A stretch of 64,000 bases of DNA from Candidatus Micrarchaeota archaeon (GCA_964434735.1 CAYSWK010000001.1:2537-66536); one strand, 5' to 3'; counted from the stretch's first letter, positions 19,265 through 29,677 are shown. Notes: generated from the letters alone by a model not told the origin. Translations and numbers: made by a program.

Positions 19265-20605
19265 ATGGATCTTGGCAAAAAGCTTAGAGAAACCCTTGCA
19301 AAACTTACCAACAAACCATATGTTGATGAAGAAGCAGTCAAGGCCCTTATCAAGGATTTGCAACGCGTACTTATAGCCTCGGATGTAAACGTAAAATTAG
19401 TTCTTGAATTCTCAAAACACGTCGAACAACGCGCACTTGGTTCAGAACGGGTTCCCTCCCTTTCCATGCGTGAGCATGTGCTCAAAGTCGTCTATGACGA
19501 ACTTGTTGGAATTATGGGCAAATCATACCAGCCTCGACTTGACAAGCACAGAATACTTGTACTTGGATTGTATGGTTCTGGTAAAACTACTACCTGTTCA
19601 AAACTTGCCTATTTCTACAAATCAAAGGGATTAAGCGTCGGCCTTGTGGGTGCGGACACCGACAGGCCTGCGGCACAGGATCAACTTGAACAATTAGCAG
19701 CAAAAATCAAAGTTCCTTTTTACACCACACGCGGTGAAAAAAACCCTTCAAAAATAGTCGAAACGGCATTAAAACATGCAAAGGAAGAGGTAATGATTAT
19801 AGACTCTGCAGGCCGCAGCGCACTTGATGAAGAGCTTGCGCAAGAACTGAAAGGAATTGTTGACGTACTTAAGCCTGAAGAGACATACTTAGTAGTCTCA
19901 GGAGATATCGGGCAAATTGCAGGAAAACAAGCGCAAGAATTTGATAAGATAACCAAAATCTCAGGAGTCATTATTACCAAAATGGATGGGTCGGGCAAAG
20001 GTGGCGGCGCACTTTCTGCCGTAGCATATACTGATGCCAAAACCTCATTCATCGGACTTGGTGAAAAGGTTGAAGACCTTGAGGTTTATGACGCCCCCCG
20101 TTTTGTCGGGCGCTTGCTTGGGGTCCCTGATTTCCAGGGATTAATTGAAAAGGTCAATGCCATAGCCAAAGAACATGATATGTCAAAACTCCAAAGCGAG
20201 GAGTTCACAATTGAAACGTTTTATGAACAACTCAAGGCAGCAAAGAAAATGGGTCCCCTGGGTGGAGTCATGTCCATGATGGGAATGTCTGATTTGCCAA
20301 AAGAAGTGACCAACCAAGGAGAGGAAAAATTAAAGAAATTCGAATCAATGATTAATTCCATGACCCTCAAGGAACGAAAGGATGCAACTCTTCTTAAAAA
20401 AAGCGGCTCGCGCATTGCACGAATTGCCAAGGGTTCCGGATGTACTGAACAGGATGTACGGGAATTTTTGAACCAATTTGAGAAAATGGAAAAGATGCTC
20501 GGTGCCTTCAAGCACAACCGCGGATTCAGAAAGCAAATGGAACGGATGATGAAGGGCGGCGGAAAAATGGGAGATATTGGAAAGCTCATGGGCGGAAAAA
20601 TGTAA
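19265..20605 (+). CDS. srp54: Signal recognition particle protein SRP54
   Basis: N domain, G domain with GLYGSGKTTT and DTDRPAA, and a Met-rich M domain (MMKGGGKMGDIGKLMGGKM). Confidence 0.9.
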   Translation: MDLGKKLRETLAKLTNKPYVDEEAVKALIKDLQRVLIASDVNVKLVLEFSKHVEQRALGSERVPSLSMREHVLKVVYDELVGIMGKSYQPRLDKHRILVLGLYGSGKTTTCSKLAYFYKSKGLSVGLVGADTDRPAAQDQLEQLAAKIKVPFYTTRGEKNPSKIVETALKHAKEEVMIIDSAGRSALDEELAQELKGIVDVLKPEETYLVVSGDIGQIAGKQAQEFDKITKISGVIITKMDGSGKGGGALSAVAYTDAKTSFIGLGEKVEDLEVYDAPRFVGRLLGVPDFQGLIEKVNAIAKEHDMSKLQSEEFTIETFYEQLKAAKKMGPLGGVMSMMGMSDLPKEVTNQGEEKLKKFESMINSMTLKERKDATLLKKSGSRIARIAKGSGCTEQDVREFLNQFEKMEKMLGAFKHNRGFRKQMERMMKGGGKMGDIGKLMGGKM

Positions 20606-20642
20606 AACATAACCTTAGGTTAATATTCTTTATTATTGAAAG

Positions 20643-21032
20643 TTGTTTATGAAGATAGAACAAATTTCACTTGATGCAAAGGGGCGTATCGTATTGCCGG
20701 CATCATTTCGTTCAGCATTATCCCTTTCGTATGGAGACTCTCTTTATTTAGCACTCGATGAAAAAAACCAAACGATCATTCTTTCTTCTAAACCAAATGA
20801 ATCGCTCTATGAATTAACAATTGCAATGGGCGATGCTCCAGGTACACTTGCACATTTGGCGTTGGTTCTTGCAAAACATAAAGTCGACCTGGTTTCAACC
20901 GAAAGCCACTCGCTTACACGTTCAAAAGAAGCAGTATGGAGAATAGTCTGCAAATTCGAAGGAGATTGGCAAGGCTTGCTTGAAGACTTAAAGAAAAATG
21001 GAGCCGTAAAAGTAGAAAAGAAAAAAATCTAG
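20643..21032 (+). CDS. Putative regulator: SpoVT/AbrB-like swapped-hairpin N-domain plus ACT-like C-domain
   Basis: N-terminal LDAKGRIVLPASFR is an AbrB/MazE-type motif. The C-terminal LTIAMGDAPGTLAHLALVLAKHKVDLVS resembles an ACT domain. Confidence 0.5.
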   Translation: MFMKIEQISLDAKGRIVLPASFRSALSLSYGDSLYLALDEKNQTIILSSKPNESLYELTIAMGDAPGTLAHLALVLAKHKVDLVSTESHSLTRSKEAVWRIVCKFEGDWQGLLEDLKKNGAVKVEKKKI

Positions 21033-21187
21033 GATTCTTCTTCGGCAAATTTCTTGATTGCTTCAAAATTCTCAACAATTAATTGGGCCTTTTTCTTGCC
21101 AAAACTAAACGGATATTGATCTGATTCGTCTCGTTTGAGTACAATAAGCTTGTTTCCCTTAAACTCACTAAATTCAATAATTGCCAT
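21029..21187 (-). CDS. Small hypothetical protein (52 aa)
   Basis: ORF from the internal Met MAIIEFSEFKGNKLIVLKRDE...; no family recognised. Confidence 0.25.
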   Translation of the reverse strand: MAIIEFSEFKGNKLIVLKRDESDQYPFSFGKKKAQLIVENFEAIKKFAEEES

Positions 21188-21367
21188 TAGGTTACACCTA
21201 TTAGTAATTCTAAAGAATATAATTAAAAGGCTAGAGGGCACTAGTATAATCCATTGTGGGAATAAAGTGGGAATATTTATAAACTGTTTGTTTCTCAAGT
21301 AATGCACAACAAATGGAGGATATGAAAATGGAACAACAGGAAAAGGGTTTACTTCACCTGCAAATTA

Positions 21368-22645
21368 TTGGAAACCCCATTGGAAAAACCGATTTGGGAT
21401 AAGTTACTTGATAGAAACACTAGTTCTAAGGAAGTTTTAGAAAAGGTAAAACAAATTCTTGAAAATATTAAAACTCGAGGATTTGAGGCTGTCAAAGAGT
21501 ATACGAAACGATTTGACGGGATAGAACGGGAATCTTTTGAAGTTCCAAAAAAAGAGATGCAAACTGCACTTAATGGCTTAACTGTTGAAGAACGCAAATG
21601 CATCGAACGCTCAATTGCTTCGGTTCGCGCAATCTGCCTTGAAGAAAAGAAAAATATCAAAAATACGGAACTCAATATGCAAGACTCCAAAACCCTCTTG
21701 CGCTATCTTCCGCTTGCCAAAGTAGGAATATACGTCCCAGCAGGCAAGGCACCGCTCCCAACTTCAGTAATCATGGCTTCAATTCCAGCACAAGTTGCAG
21801 GAGTAAAAGAGCTTATTCTTTGCTCACCTCCGCAAAAAGACGGGCAGGTAAACAAATACATACTTGCAACTGCAGCGCTTTGTGGAGTTACAAAAGTATA
21901 TGCTATTGGCGGAGCACAGGCAATAGGTGCATTGGCATATTGTTTTAATGTTGATTTGATTGCTGGACCAGGAAATGTATACGTGAGTGCTGCAAAACAG
22001 ATCGTACAAAGCCAAGGTGCATGCACGATAGATATGTTAGCTGGACCTTCAGAGGTTCTAGTCGTCTTAGAGTCTGTTGGAAACCCGAAACTGGATGCCG
22101 AAAACTGTCGCTTGGCAGCAAGCGACATGCTTGCTCAAGCTGAACACGGGCCCACATCTGCAGCAGTTTGCATTACTACTAGCAAGGAACTTGGGCAAAA
22201 AGTAAGGGAAGAAGTTGAAAAACAGCTTAATGCGCTTAAAGACCAAACTCCTCGCGAATCCATTAGATTGTACGGAACTGCAATTGTTACAAAGAGTATG
22301 CAGGAAGCAATTTCCCTTGCAAACGAATTTGCTGCAGAACACGTTGAAATATTTGCAAAGGATGCAAAAAAATACGCAATGCAAATTACGAATGCAGGCG
22401 CAATATTTGTCAATACTGCAGAAGTGTTTGGAGACTACGGGTTTGATTCAAGCAACCACATCTTGCCCACGGGGAGATCTGCCAGGTTTGCAAGTGGAGT
22501 AAGCATCCAAACATTCATGAAAAGGCAGTACGTAAAAATCGCAAATGCTGCAGCACAGGCAAAATGGGCAGAGGACTGCGCAAGATTTGCACGAATGGAA
22601 CAATTGGAAGCTCACGCCAAGTCTGCAGAATGCAGACAGTTTTGA
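21368..22645 (+). CDS. hisD: Histidinol dehydrogenase (apparent TTG start)
   Basis: ILENIKTRGFEAVKEYTKRFDG, SPPQKDG, DMLAGPSEVLV and AQAEHGP are HisD motifs. There is no in-frame ATG upstream, so the ORF begins at TTG 21368. Confidence 0.9.
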   Translation: METPLEKPIWDKLLDRNTSSKEVLEKVKQILENIKTRGFEAVKEYTKRFDGIERESFEVPKKEMQTALNGLTVEERKCIERSIASVRAICLEEKKNIKNTELNMQDSKTLLRYLPLAKVGIYVPAGKAPLPTSVIMASIPAQVAGVKELILCSPPQKDGQVNKYILATAALCGVTKVYAIGGAQAIGALAYCFNVDLIAGPGNVYVSAAKQIVQSQGACTIDMLAGPSEVLVVLESVGNPKLDAENCRLAASDMLAQAEHGPTSAAVCITTSKELGQKVREEVEKQLNALKDQTPRESIRLYGTAIVTKSMQEAISLANEFAAEHVEIFAKDAKKYAMQITNAGAIFVNTAEVFGDYGFDSSNHILPTGRSARFASGVSIQTFMKRQYVKIANAAAQAKWAEDCARFARMEQLEAHAKSAECRQF

Positions 22646-22672
22646 GTTCAGGATCTTGAGTCTTAAAAAAAG

Positions 22673-24352
22673 GTGGAAAAAATGATTAATGATATTATAC
22701 GCCAAGAAATACGCAACATGAACCCCTATGTGGGAGGAGAAACTACAGAAGTAGAGGTTAAACTCAACCAAAATGAGTCCCCTTACAATTTGCCAGAACC
22801 GATTCTTGCCAAGATACAGGAAAGGCTTGCTAACGTAAAATTTAACCGCTATAACGAAGGTTCACTCAAGCGTTTGCGAGAGTTAACTGCACAAATGTAC
22901 GGCCTTGATGCAGACCAAGTAATGTACGGTTGCGGGATAGATGAGATATTCTATTATATTATTCTTACATTTGTAGGCAAAGAAGAAAAAATAGTACGAC
23001 CTACGCCGAGCTTTGCAATGTATGAAATTTGCGCGCAAGTTGCGGGAGCAAAGGACGTGCCAGTTGCACTTGATACAAATTTCGAACTAACCGATGAATT
23101 CATAAAACAAAGCAAAGATGCAAAACTCACCTTTATTTGCAGGCCAAATGCACAAACCGGCAATTCGTGGGATAAAAAAACAATAGAACAAATTGTCAAA
23201 AATACAAAAGGAATAGTGTGCATTGACGAGGCATATGCGGAATTTGCGCAAGATGATTGCCTGGATCTTCTCAAATATGAAAACGTAATCCTTGTTCGTA
23301 CCTTTTCAAAGGCATATTTGGCAGCAGGAGTACGATTAGGATATGCTTTGGCAAGCAAGGAAGTCATTGCATACATGAATAGGGTGCGGCTGCCCTGGAA
23401 CGTCGGAGCTTTGCCACAGGTTGTTGGAGAGGTTATTCTTGAAAACCAACAAGTATTCAAGGAAAAAGTAGCTGAAATAAAGGAAAACCGCAAAGAGCTG
23501 TTTGAAGCACTCAAACTACGGACCAAGGTATTACCCACCCAAACCAATTTCATGTCATTTAAGGTAAGCGACCCAAAAGGTTTTTGCAAAACACTTAAAG
23601 AAACAGGAATTCTAGTTCGAAATGTAAGCAGCTACCCTGGCCTTGAAGGATATGTACGCGTAACCGTTGGAACGAAAAGGGAAAATGAACAGTTCCTCAA
23701 AGCATTTGACCAAGTGCAATTCAAACCAATTGACTCGATCATTTTTGATGTTGATGGGGTTCTCGTTGATGTTTCGAAATCATACCGTGAAGCAATCAAA
23801 TTGACCGTTGGACAGTTTAGAGGGACAAATGCAACTGATGAAGAAATTGAAAACATAAAGAAAAAACCAAACTCAAACAACGATTGGGTTGTCACATACG
23901 CACTTGCAACAGATTATACGGGAGAATTGTCAAAATTAGACCGAACAAATGCCAAATACCTTGAAATGAAGGAAGCATTTCAAAAATTCTACTTAGACGG
24001 ACTTATCGACAAGGAAGAAATTTATATGGATAAAGCCTATGTGCGGGCGATTCTTAAAAAAGGATTAAAGATCGGAGTTGTTACGTCGCGTCCACGTTTT
24101 GAAGCGTTGTACGTGCTTAAGCGAATTGGAGGGTTTGATGAGCAGTTCGTTATGGCACAGGAAGATTGCACCGAGGAAAAGCCATCGCCAAAGCCGATCA
24201 ATGAACTAGTCGCAAAAATGAAGGTAAAAAACCCGGCATATATAGGTGACACAATCAATGACAGGCTTGCTGCAGAACGTGCAGGAGTTCGGTACGAGGA
24301 AGTAAACAAAACACAAGACGTAAACGATATTTTAAAGAGGTTATTGAAATGA
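22673..24352 (+). CDS. hisC: Histidinol-phosphate aminotransferase fused to a C-terminal HAD-superfamily phosphatase domain
   Basis: The first roughly 350 aa form a class-II aminotransferase (SFSKAY PLP-lysine region). Residues about 355-559 start [11 protein letters not shown] (HAD motif I DxD), followed by VVTSRP (motif II) and [11 protein letters not shown] (motif IV). Confidence 0.85.
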   Translation: MEKMINDIIRQEIRNMNPYVGGETTEVEVKLNQNESPYNLPEPILAKIQERLANVKFNRYNEGSLKRLRELTAQMYGLDADQVMYGCGIDEIFYYIILTFVGKEEKIVRPTPSFAMYEICAQVAGAKDVPVALDTNFELTDEFIKQSKDAKLTFICRPNAQTGNSWDKKTIEQIVKNTKGIVCIDEAYAEFAQDDCLDLLKYENVILVRTFSKAYLAAGVRLGYALASKEVIAYMNRVRLPWNVGALPQVVGEVILENQQVFKEKVAEIKENRKELFEALKLRTKVLPTQTNFMSFKVSDPKGFCKTLKETGILVRNVSSYPGLEGYVRVTVGTKRENEQFLKAFDQVQFKPIDSIIFDVDGVLVDVSKSYREAIKLTVGQFRGTNATDEEIENIKKKPNSNNDWVVTYALATDYTGELSKLDRTNAKYLEMKEAFQKFYLDGLIDKEEIYMDKAYVRAILKKGLKIGVVTSRPRFEALYVLKRIGGFDEQFVMAQEDCTEEKPSPKPINELVAKMKVKNPAYIGDTINDRLAAERAGVRYEEVNKTQDVNDILKRLLK

Positions 24353-24933
24353 GAACTGCAAAAATTGAAAGAAAAACAAAGGAAACGGAAATTTCACTTG
24401 AACTGAATTTGGACGGTACGGGTAAAAATAATATCAATACGGGAGTAGGCTTCCTTGACCACATGCTTACGCTTTTTTCAAAGCACTCACTCATTGACCT
24501 CACTGTTAATGCAAAGGGCGATTTGGAAGTTGATGATCACCACACTGTTGAGGACATAGGTATTTGCTTAGGCGAAGCCATTGCAAAGGCAACGGGAGAT
24601 AAGAAAGGGGTCAAAAGATATGGCTTTTTCCTTCTTCCAATGGACGAGTCCCTTGGCCAAGTTGCACTTGACTTAGCTGGAAGAACCTCCTTTGTGTACA
24701 ATGCTGTGTTTGAACGGGAAAAAGTAGGTGAACTCAGCACTGAACTGATCAAGGATTTCTTTTACGCAATTGCGCTTAATGCCAAAATGAACCTCAATAT
24801 CAAAATTGAGGGTGAAAACAATCACCACAAGTCAGAGGCAATGTTCAAGGCGTTTGCACGCGCTTTGCGTATGGCAGTGGAAATTGATGACCGAGTAAAA
24901 AATGACATTCCTTCAACAAAAGGAACATTATAG
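24349..24933 (+). CDS. hisB: Imidazoleglycerol-phosphate dehydratase
   Basis: [16 protein letters not shown] and GFLDHML, the typical IGPD N-terminus; overlaps the hisC stop (ATGA). Confidence 0.9.
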   Translation: MRTAKIERKTKETEISLELNLDGTGKNNINTGVGFLDHMLTLFSKHSLIDLTVNAKGDLEVDDHHTVEDIGICLGEAIAKATGDKKGVKRYGFFLLPMDESLGQVALDLAGRTSFVYNAVFEREKVGELSTELIKDFFYAIALNAKMNLNIKIEGENNHHKSEAMFKAFARALRMAVEIDDRVKNDIPSTKGTL

Positions 24934-25767
24934 GTGATACTAATGAAAATTGCAATTCCCAACAAGGGAAGATTATATGAAGATGCTGTAAAGGAACTAG
25001 CGGCAATTGGGATTGTGTTTCCAAGCAATGGCCGAAAACTTTACACAAGTACAAGCCAACCAAATATACAAATAGTTCTATTGCGGGCTCAAGATATTCC
25101 TTGGTATGTAGCAAGTGGATCCGTAGAACTTGGAATTACGGGTACAGACATGATTGAGGAAAGCGATGTCACGGTAACTAAGATTCTTGATCTTGATTTT
25201 GGCAAATGCAAAATAGCTTTAGCTGCACAAAAAGGAACGAAAATTGCGAATTTTGACAAAATTGCAACTAAACTTACCAATATTGCCAAGAAATGGATCG
25301 CAAAAAAGAAATTGAATGCACAAGTTATTCCTCTTTCAGGAGCGCTTGAGTTTGCACCTTTTGCAGGTGTTGCACCTGCAATAATTGACCAGGTTTCAAC
25401 GGGCGACACGTTGCGCGAAAATAACCTTGAAGTAATCGAAGTTATTTTTGAATCCAATGCCTGCCTCATAACTAAAAACAAAACAAGCGAGGAAATGGAA
25501 GAAATAAAAATGGCATTACAAAGCGTTATGCTTGCCAGGAAAAAAATGTATATTATGCTCAACGTAACTAATGAAGAAAAACTTTCGGCAGTTGTACGAG
25601 TACTTCCTTGTCTTGAAAGCCCTACGGTGATAAAACTTGCCAAACCTGGAGAATACGCCGTGCACTCAGTTGTTGATTCAAAAGATCTTAGCCAAACTAT
25701 GCGTACGATCTCAAAAGCTGGTGCTGAAGGCATTCTTGTAACAAAACTTGAACGGGTAGTGCTATGA
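24934..25767 (+). CDS. hisG: ATP phosphoribosyltransferase, long form
   Basis: IAIPNKGRL N-terminus, ARAQDIPWYV-like region; the 277 aa length implies a C-terminal regulatory domain. Confidence 0.9.
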   Translation: MILMKIAIPNKGRLYEDAVKELAAIGIVFPSNGRKLYTSTSQPNIQIVLLRAQDIPWYVASGSVELGITGTDMIEESDVTVTKILDLDFGKCKIALAAQKGTKIANFDKIATKLTNIAKKWIAKKKLNAQVIPLSGALEFAPFAGVAPAIIDQVSTGDTLRENNLEVIEVIFESNACLITKNKTSEEMEEIKMALQSVMLARKKMYIMLNVTNEEKLSAVVRVLPCLESPTVIKLAKPGEYAVHSVVDSKDLSQTMRTISKAGAEGILVTKLERVVL

Positions 25768-26333
25768 TCGGGATTATAGATGTAGGAAATGCCAAAAGTG
25801 TTGAAAATGCACTTGAAAAATTAGGCTATTCTAGCGTACGAACTATCGATTCTACAATCATTAGCAAGTGTAATGGAATCATACTTCCAGGAGTTGGCGA
25901 ATTTGGAACGGTAATGCAACAAATCGATCCGCTGTCGCCACTCATCAAACGATGGAAAAAACCGTTTCTTGGCATTTGTGCAGGAATGCAAGTATTGTTT
26001 GAATCAAGTGAGGAAAGCCCCAGTGTTGAAGGGCTTGGAATCATTAAAGGAAAAGTAAAAAAATTCCAAAACATACGAACTCCCCAAATAGGTTGGAATA
26101 AACTTGAAAATAGTACTAATCCGCTGCTTGGAAAAGAAGAGTATGTATATTTTGTTAATTCCTACTATTGCGTCCCGCGGGAAAAGGCAATTACTAGTAC
26201 TGCCAAATACGGAATTAACTTTGCAGCATCAATAAATAAAGAAAATTACTACGGCGTACAATTTCACCCTGAAAAAAGCGGGGAATGTGGGCTGGAGATG
26301 CTCAACAAATTCGCGAGGTTAGTAGTATGTTGA
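25764..26333 (+). CDS. hisH: Imidazole glycerol phosphate synthase, glutamine amidotransferase subunit
   Basis: IGIIDVGNAKSV, GICAGMQ (catalytic Cys), VQFHPEKS. Confidence 0.9.
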   Translation: MIGIIDVGNAKSVENALEKLGYSSVRTIDSTIISKCNGIILPGVGEFGTVMQQIDPLSPLIKRWKKPFLGICAGMQVLFESSEESPSVEGLGIIKGKVKKFQNIRTPQIGWNKLENSTNPLLGKEEYVYFVNSYYCVPREKAITSTAKYGINFAASINKENYYGVQFHPEKSGECGLEMLNKFARLVVC

Positions 26334-26986
26334 TTATTCCTGCGATCGACTTACTAGACGGAAACTGCGTACGTTTGCTCAAAGGTAAACGAGATGAGTG
26401 CACAGTCTATTCGAACAATCCGTTAGAAGTAATTAAATCCTTTAAAGAACAAGGCGCAAAACTTGTCCACATTGTAGACCTTAATGGTGCATTTGATGGT
26501 ACAATGAAGAATCTGCCAAGTATCAAAGAATTAGCAAAAGAAATTGAAATAGAAGTGGGCGGTGGAATACGAACCAAAGAAAAAATAGATCAACTAAGGG
26601 CAAGCGGAGTGAAAAGAATAATTGTAGGAACGAACCTTCCTGAATTAAAGAAATATGGAGTAATCGGTGCACTTGACTTTAAAGATGGAAAATTCGCAAC
26701 AAAAGGATGGGTTGAGACAAAAGAGGTTAATATCAAGGAACTTCTTAAAGGACTCACCGAAGTGATTGTTACTGATGTTTCAACTGATGGAATGTTAAGT
26801 GGACCAAACGTGCCTCTTATGAAAAAAATCCAAAGTTATGGCATCAACGTCATTGCTTCTGGGGGGATTGGCTCATTAGAAGATATTGCAAAACTCAAAA
26901 AAGCAGGCATAACTGGGGCAATTGTTGGAAAGGCACTTTACGAAAAAAAATTCTCACTTGAAGAGGCGATTGATTATGCTAACTAA
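26327..26986 (+). CDS. hisA: ProFAR isomerase
   Basis: MLIIPAIDLLDGNCVRLLKG and VHIVDLNGA; the start is at the internal Met. Confidence 0.9.
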   Translation: MLIIPAIDLLDGNCVRLLKGKRDECTVYSNNPLEVIKSFKEQGAKLVHIVDLNGAFDGTMKNLPSIKELAKEIEIEVGGGIRTKEKIDQLRASGVKRIIVGTNLPELKKYGVIGALDFKDGKFATKGWVETKEVNIKELLKGLTEVIVTDVSTDGMLSGPNVPLMKKIQSYGINVIASGGIGSLEDIAKLKKAGITGAIVGKALYEKKFSLEEAIDYAN

Positions 26987-27734
26987 ACGGATCATACCTT
27001 GTCTTGATGTTGCACAGGGTCGAGTAGTTAAAGGTACGAATTTTGTCAATTTGCAGGATAATGGAGATGCCGTTGAACTTGCAAAAAAGTACTATTTGGA
27101 AGGTGCAGATGAGCTATGCTTTCTTGATATTACTGCAACAGTTGAAAAAAGGAAAACGCTTCTTGAATTAGTGCAACGTGTCGCCCGTGAGATATTTATT
27201 CCATTTTCAGTTGGCGGAGGGATACGCACACTTGAAGATGCCCGTGCAGTACTGACATGCGGCGCTGAAAAGGTAGTTCTTGGAACTATAGCCATACAAC
27301 AACCTAAAATAGTACAAGAAATTGCAAAAGAATTTGGAAGCCAGGCAGCGGTTATTTCAATAGATGCAAAACGCGTAGGCAATTCTTGGAACCAGTTTAT
27401 CAAAGGCGGGCGGGAAGATTCTGGTAAAGATGTAATCAAATTTGCAAAAGAAATGGAAAACTTGGGAGCCGGAGAGATTCTGCTCAATTCAATAGATAAG
27501 GATGGCACAAAACAAGGATTTGATCTAGAACTATGCAATGCAGTTTGTAATGCCGTAAACATTCCAGTAATCGCATCAAGCGGGGCTAAGGATGCACAGA
27601 GTTTTGTTGAAATTTTCAAAAAAACACAGGTAAGTGCTGCTTTAGCTGCACGCATATTTCACACTAATGAAGTTTCGATTAGAGAGGTTAAGAAAATACT
27701 GACTAAAAACAAGGTGAACATACGTGAAATTTGA
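26976..27734 (+). CDS. hisF: Imidazole glycerol phosphate synthase, cyclase subunit
   Basis: RIIPCLDVAQGRVVKG and CFLDITAT; the start is at the internal Met MLTKRII. Confidence 0.9.
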   Translation: MLTKRIIPCLDVAQGRVVKGTNFVNLQDNGDAVELAKKYYLEGADELCFLDITATVEKRKTLLELVQRVAREIFIPFSVGGGIRTLEDARAVLTCGAEKVVLGTIAIQQPKIVQEIAKEFGSQAAVISIDAKRVGNSWNQFIKGGREDSGKDVIKFAKEMENLGAGEILLNSIDKDGTKQGFDLELCNAVCNAVNIPVIASSGAKDAQSFVEIFKKTQVSAALAARIFHTNEVSIREVKKILTKNKVNIREI

Positions 27735-28302
27735 TAAAAAAGGACTCATTCCAATGATTATTCAAGATGCTAAAACAAGGGAAGTACTTTCACTTGTCTA
27801 TGGAAATAAAGAATCCATACAAAAAATGAAAGAGACAAGATTTGTATGGCGATACTCTCGTTCAAAAAAACGAATTATGCAAAAGGGTGAAGAATCCGGA
27901 AATGTTCAAAAAGTAGTCTCAATTGTTGAAGACTGCGATTCAGACGCACTGCTTGTACTAGCTCAACCATCGGGGCCGGCATGCCACAAAGGCACAGGAA
28001 GCTGTTTTAGTGATGCTATAACTAGTTTAGAATCAGACACGTTAGAAAAACTAGAGCAGATAATTGAAAATCGGATCAAGAATCCTAAAGAAGGGAGCTA
28101 TACTGCTAAATTGGCTGGTAATGGCGCACTCCTCAACGGCAAGTTACGTGAGGAACTGTATGAATTCATATACTTTAAGGACAAGGACAATCTGAATTGG
28201 GAAATGGCTGACCTTTTGTACTTCATGCTCGTACTCTTGAAAAAAAACGAGGGAAGCTTAAAAGAGGTTAAAGAAAAGCTGCAAGAACGGATGAAGATCT
28301 AA
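27724..28302 (+). CDS. hisI: Bifunctional phosphoribosyl-AMP cyclohydrolase / phosphoribosyl-ATP pyrophosphatase
   Basis: The N half (GLIPMIIQD...CDSDALLVLAQPSGPACHKGTGSCF) is HisI. The C half (LEKLEQIIENR...) is HisE. Confidence 0.85.
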   Translation: MKFDKKGLIPMIIQDAKTREVLSLVYGNKESIQKMKETRFVWRYSRSKKRIMQKGEESGNVQKVVSIVEDCDSDALLVLAQPSGPACHKGTGSCFSDAITSLESDTLEKLEQIIENRIKNPKEGSYTAKLAGNGALLNGKLREELYEFIYFKDKDNLNWEMADLLYFMLVLLKKNEGSLKEVKEKLQERMKI

Positions 28303-28346
28303 TACAAACAGAAAATTAATATAGCCCCCCAAATATAATCTAAATT

Positions 28347-28928
28347 ATGAACGCACGATATGGTTGTCTTATACTTATAGCAATTCTTTTCTTAGGATGC
28401 ACTACTCCTAATACGAACAATATAGGTGGGCCGGAAAATCAACAAGTACTAACTACCGACCAAACCGCAGTACTGCCAGAATCAATACCGCCAGCAATTG
28501 ATAACGATACACAAGAAAATGAAATTCCAATGCAGAATGATGTAACAAAGGATTCAATTTCAAACCAAACGTCTTCTCAAAACACTATTCTGACAGAATT
28601 AAGTATGGCTGAGGTTTCCAAACATAATGCCGCACAAAATTGCTGGGTTGTCGTATACGGAAAAGTTCTTGACCTTACGGCATTTACTGCGCACCCTGGA
28701 GGAAGCGCATACGTGCCTTATTGTGGAACTGAAGCAACCCGCGCGTTTGAAACAAAGGGCGGGCAAGGATCCGGGCATTCTCAAGCTGCGGTGTCATGGC
28801 TTGACAGCTATACTATTGGCGCACTGGGCAGCACCGTAAACAGCACCGCACTGCCAGCAACCAATCAAACAATCCCAAAAGGAGAGGATGAGGATGACGA
28901 ATATGAAGATGAGTTTGAGGATGACTGA
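28347..28928 (+). CDS. Secreted/lipobox protein with a cytochrome b5-like heme-binding domain and an acidic tail
   Basis: Signal peptide plus lipobox LFLGC. SKHNAAQNCWVVVYGKVLDLTAFTAHPGG matches the cyt-b5 HPGG motif. The C-terminus is EDEDDEYEDEFEDD. Confidence 0.55.
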   Translation: MNARYGCLILIAILFLGCTTPNTNNIGGPENQQVLTTDQTAVLPESIPPAIDNDTQENEIPMQNDVTKDSISNQTSSQNTILTELSMAEVSKHNAAQNCWVVVYGKVLDLTAFTAHPGGSAYVPYCGTEATRAFETKGGQGSGHSQAAVSWLDSYTIGALGSTVNSTALPATNQTIPKGEDEDDEYEDEFEDD

Positions 28929-28969
28929 TAATGTTCAGATAGAAAGAGGGCCTTGTTGTAAAAATAAGA

Positions 28970-29284
28970 TTGGATAATGAACATTTTTCCTACGCACGAA
29001 TTCTCAAAGATCCATTAATCGTATTTTATAATGGTAAATTCAAAGAAGAAAAAATGCTTGAAGAAATAATAACTTTACCCATTCTCTTCAAAGTATGGTG
29101 TCATAAAGATGTTCATAAAATAATGGAAAACGTTGGATTTATTAAACTTGAACAAAATCTAAAAAAGCCAGTAAAATTCTACAAACAAGACCCTACTACC
29201 AAAAAATTATTTATTTACGAAAAGGGCAAGCAACAACCCGCCTCACGTGAAGAAATTAAAGAACTGGAATACGCTGCTGTTTGA
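28970..29284 (+). CDS. Hypothetical protein
   Basis: 104 aa ORF with no recognisable motif. Confidence 0.3.
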   Translation: MDNEHFSYARILKDPLIVFYNGKFKEEKMLEEIITLPILFKVWCHKDVHKIMENVGFIKLEQNLKKPVKFYKQDPTTKKLFIYEKGKQQPASREEIKELEYAAV

Positions 29285-29360
29285 GAGCTTGAACATATTT
29301 TGGAAAGACTCAATGCTGAACTTGAAGGCAAAGAATCGAAATGGAAAAAAATGATAAAAA

Positions 29361-29618
29361 CTACTTAAACTCGATTTTGCCTTCTATAACTTTTCCAGAG
29401 AGATTAAAACTAATCCCATATTCTTCCATGCCTTTCATGACACTTGCACTACATTGCAAGGGATCGACAATGATCTTTTGGCCTTCACCCGTTTCAATAA
29501 TAACTTTAACAGCATGGATATTGGCTGTCTTAATGCCCAGATCTTTTGCGAGTTGATCTGCCTCTTTTGCCAGTACTGAAACATCATTATCTTCTGAAAC
29601 TTTAGCTTTTTTTGCCAT
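29361..29618 (-). CDS. Small hypothetical protein (85 aa)
   Basis: MAKKAKVSEDNDVSVLAKEADQLAKDLGIK...; no family recognised. Confidence 0.3.
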   Translation of the reverse strand: MAKKAKVSEDNDVSVLAKEADQLAKDLGIKTANIHAVKVIIETGEGQKIIVDPLQCSASVMKGMEEYGISFNLSGKVIEGKIEFK

Positions 29619-29677
29619 AAAAATACCAAAACAGTTTCAACAAGAACCATTAAAAAGAAACTGAAAATAGATAGAAT

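Noticed and set aside
21313-21402. Small upstream ORF (MEDMKMEQQEKGLLHLQIIGNPIGKTDLG) overlapping the hisD start, considered as a His-attenuator leader peptide
   Set aside because: It has only one His codon and no His run. Archaea are not known to use this attenuation mechanism, so it is probably fortuitous.
25089-25733. 214-aa minus-strand ORF inside hisG
   Set aside because: Antisense artefact within the well-supported his operon. The same applies to 27092..27655 inside hisF and 22954..23589 inside hisC.
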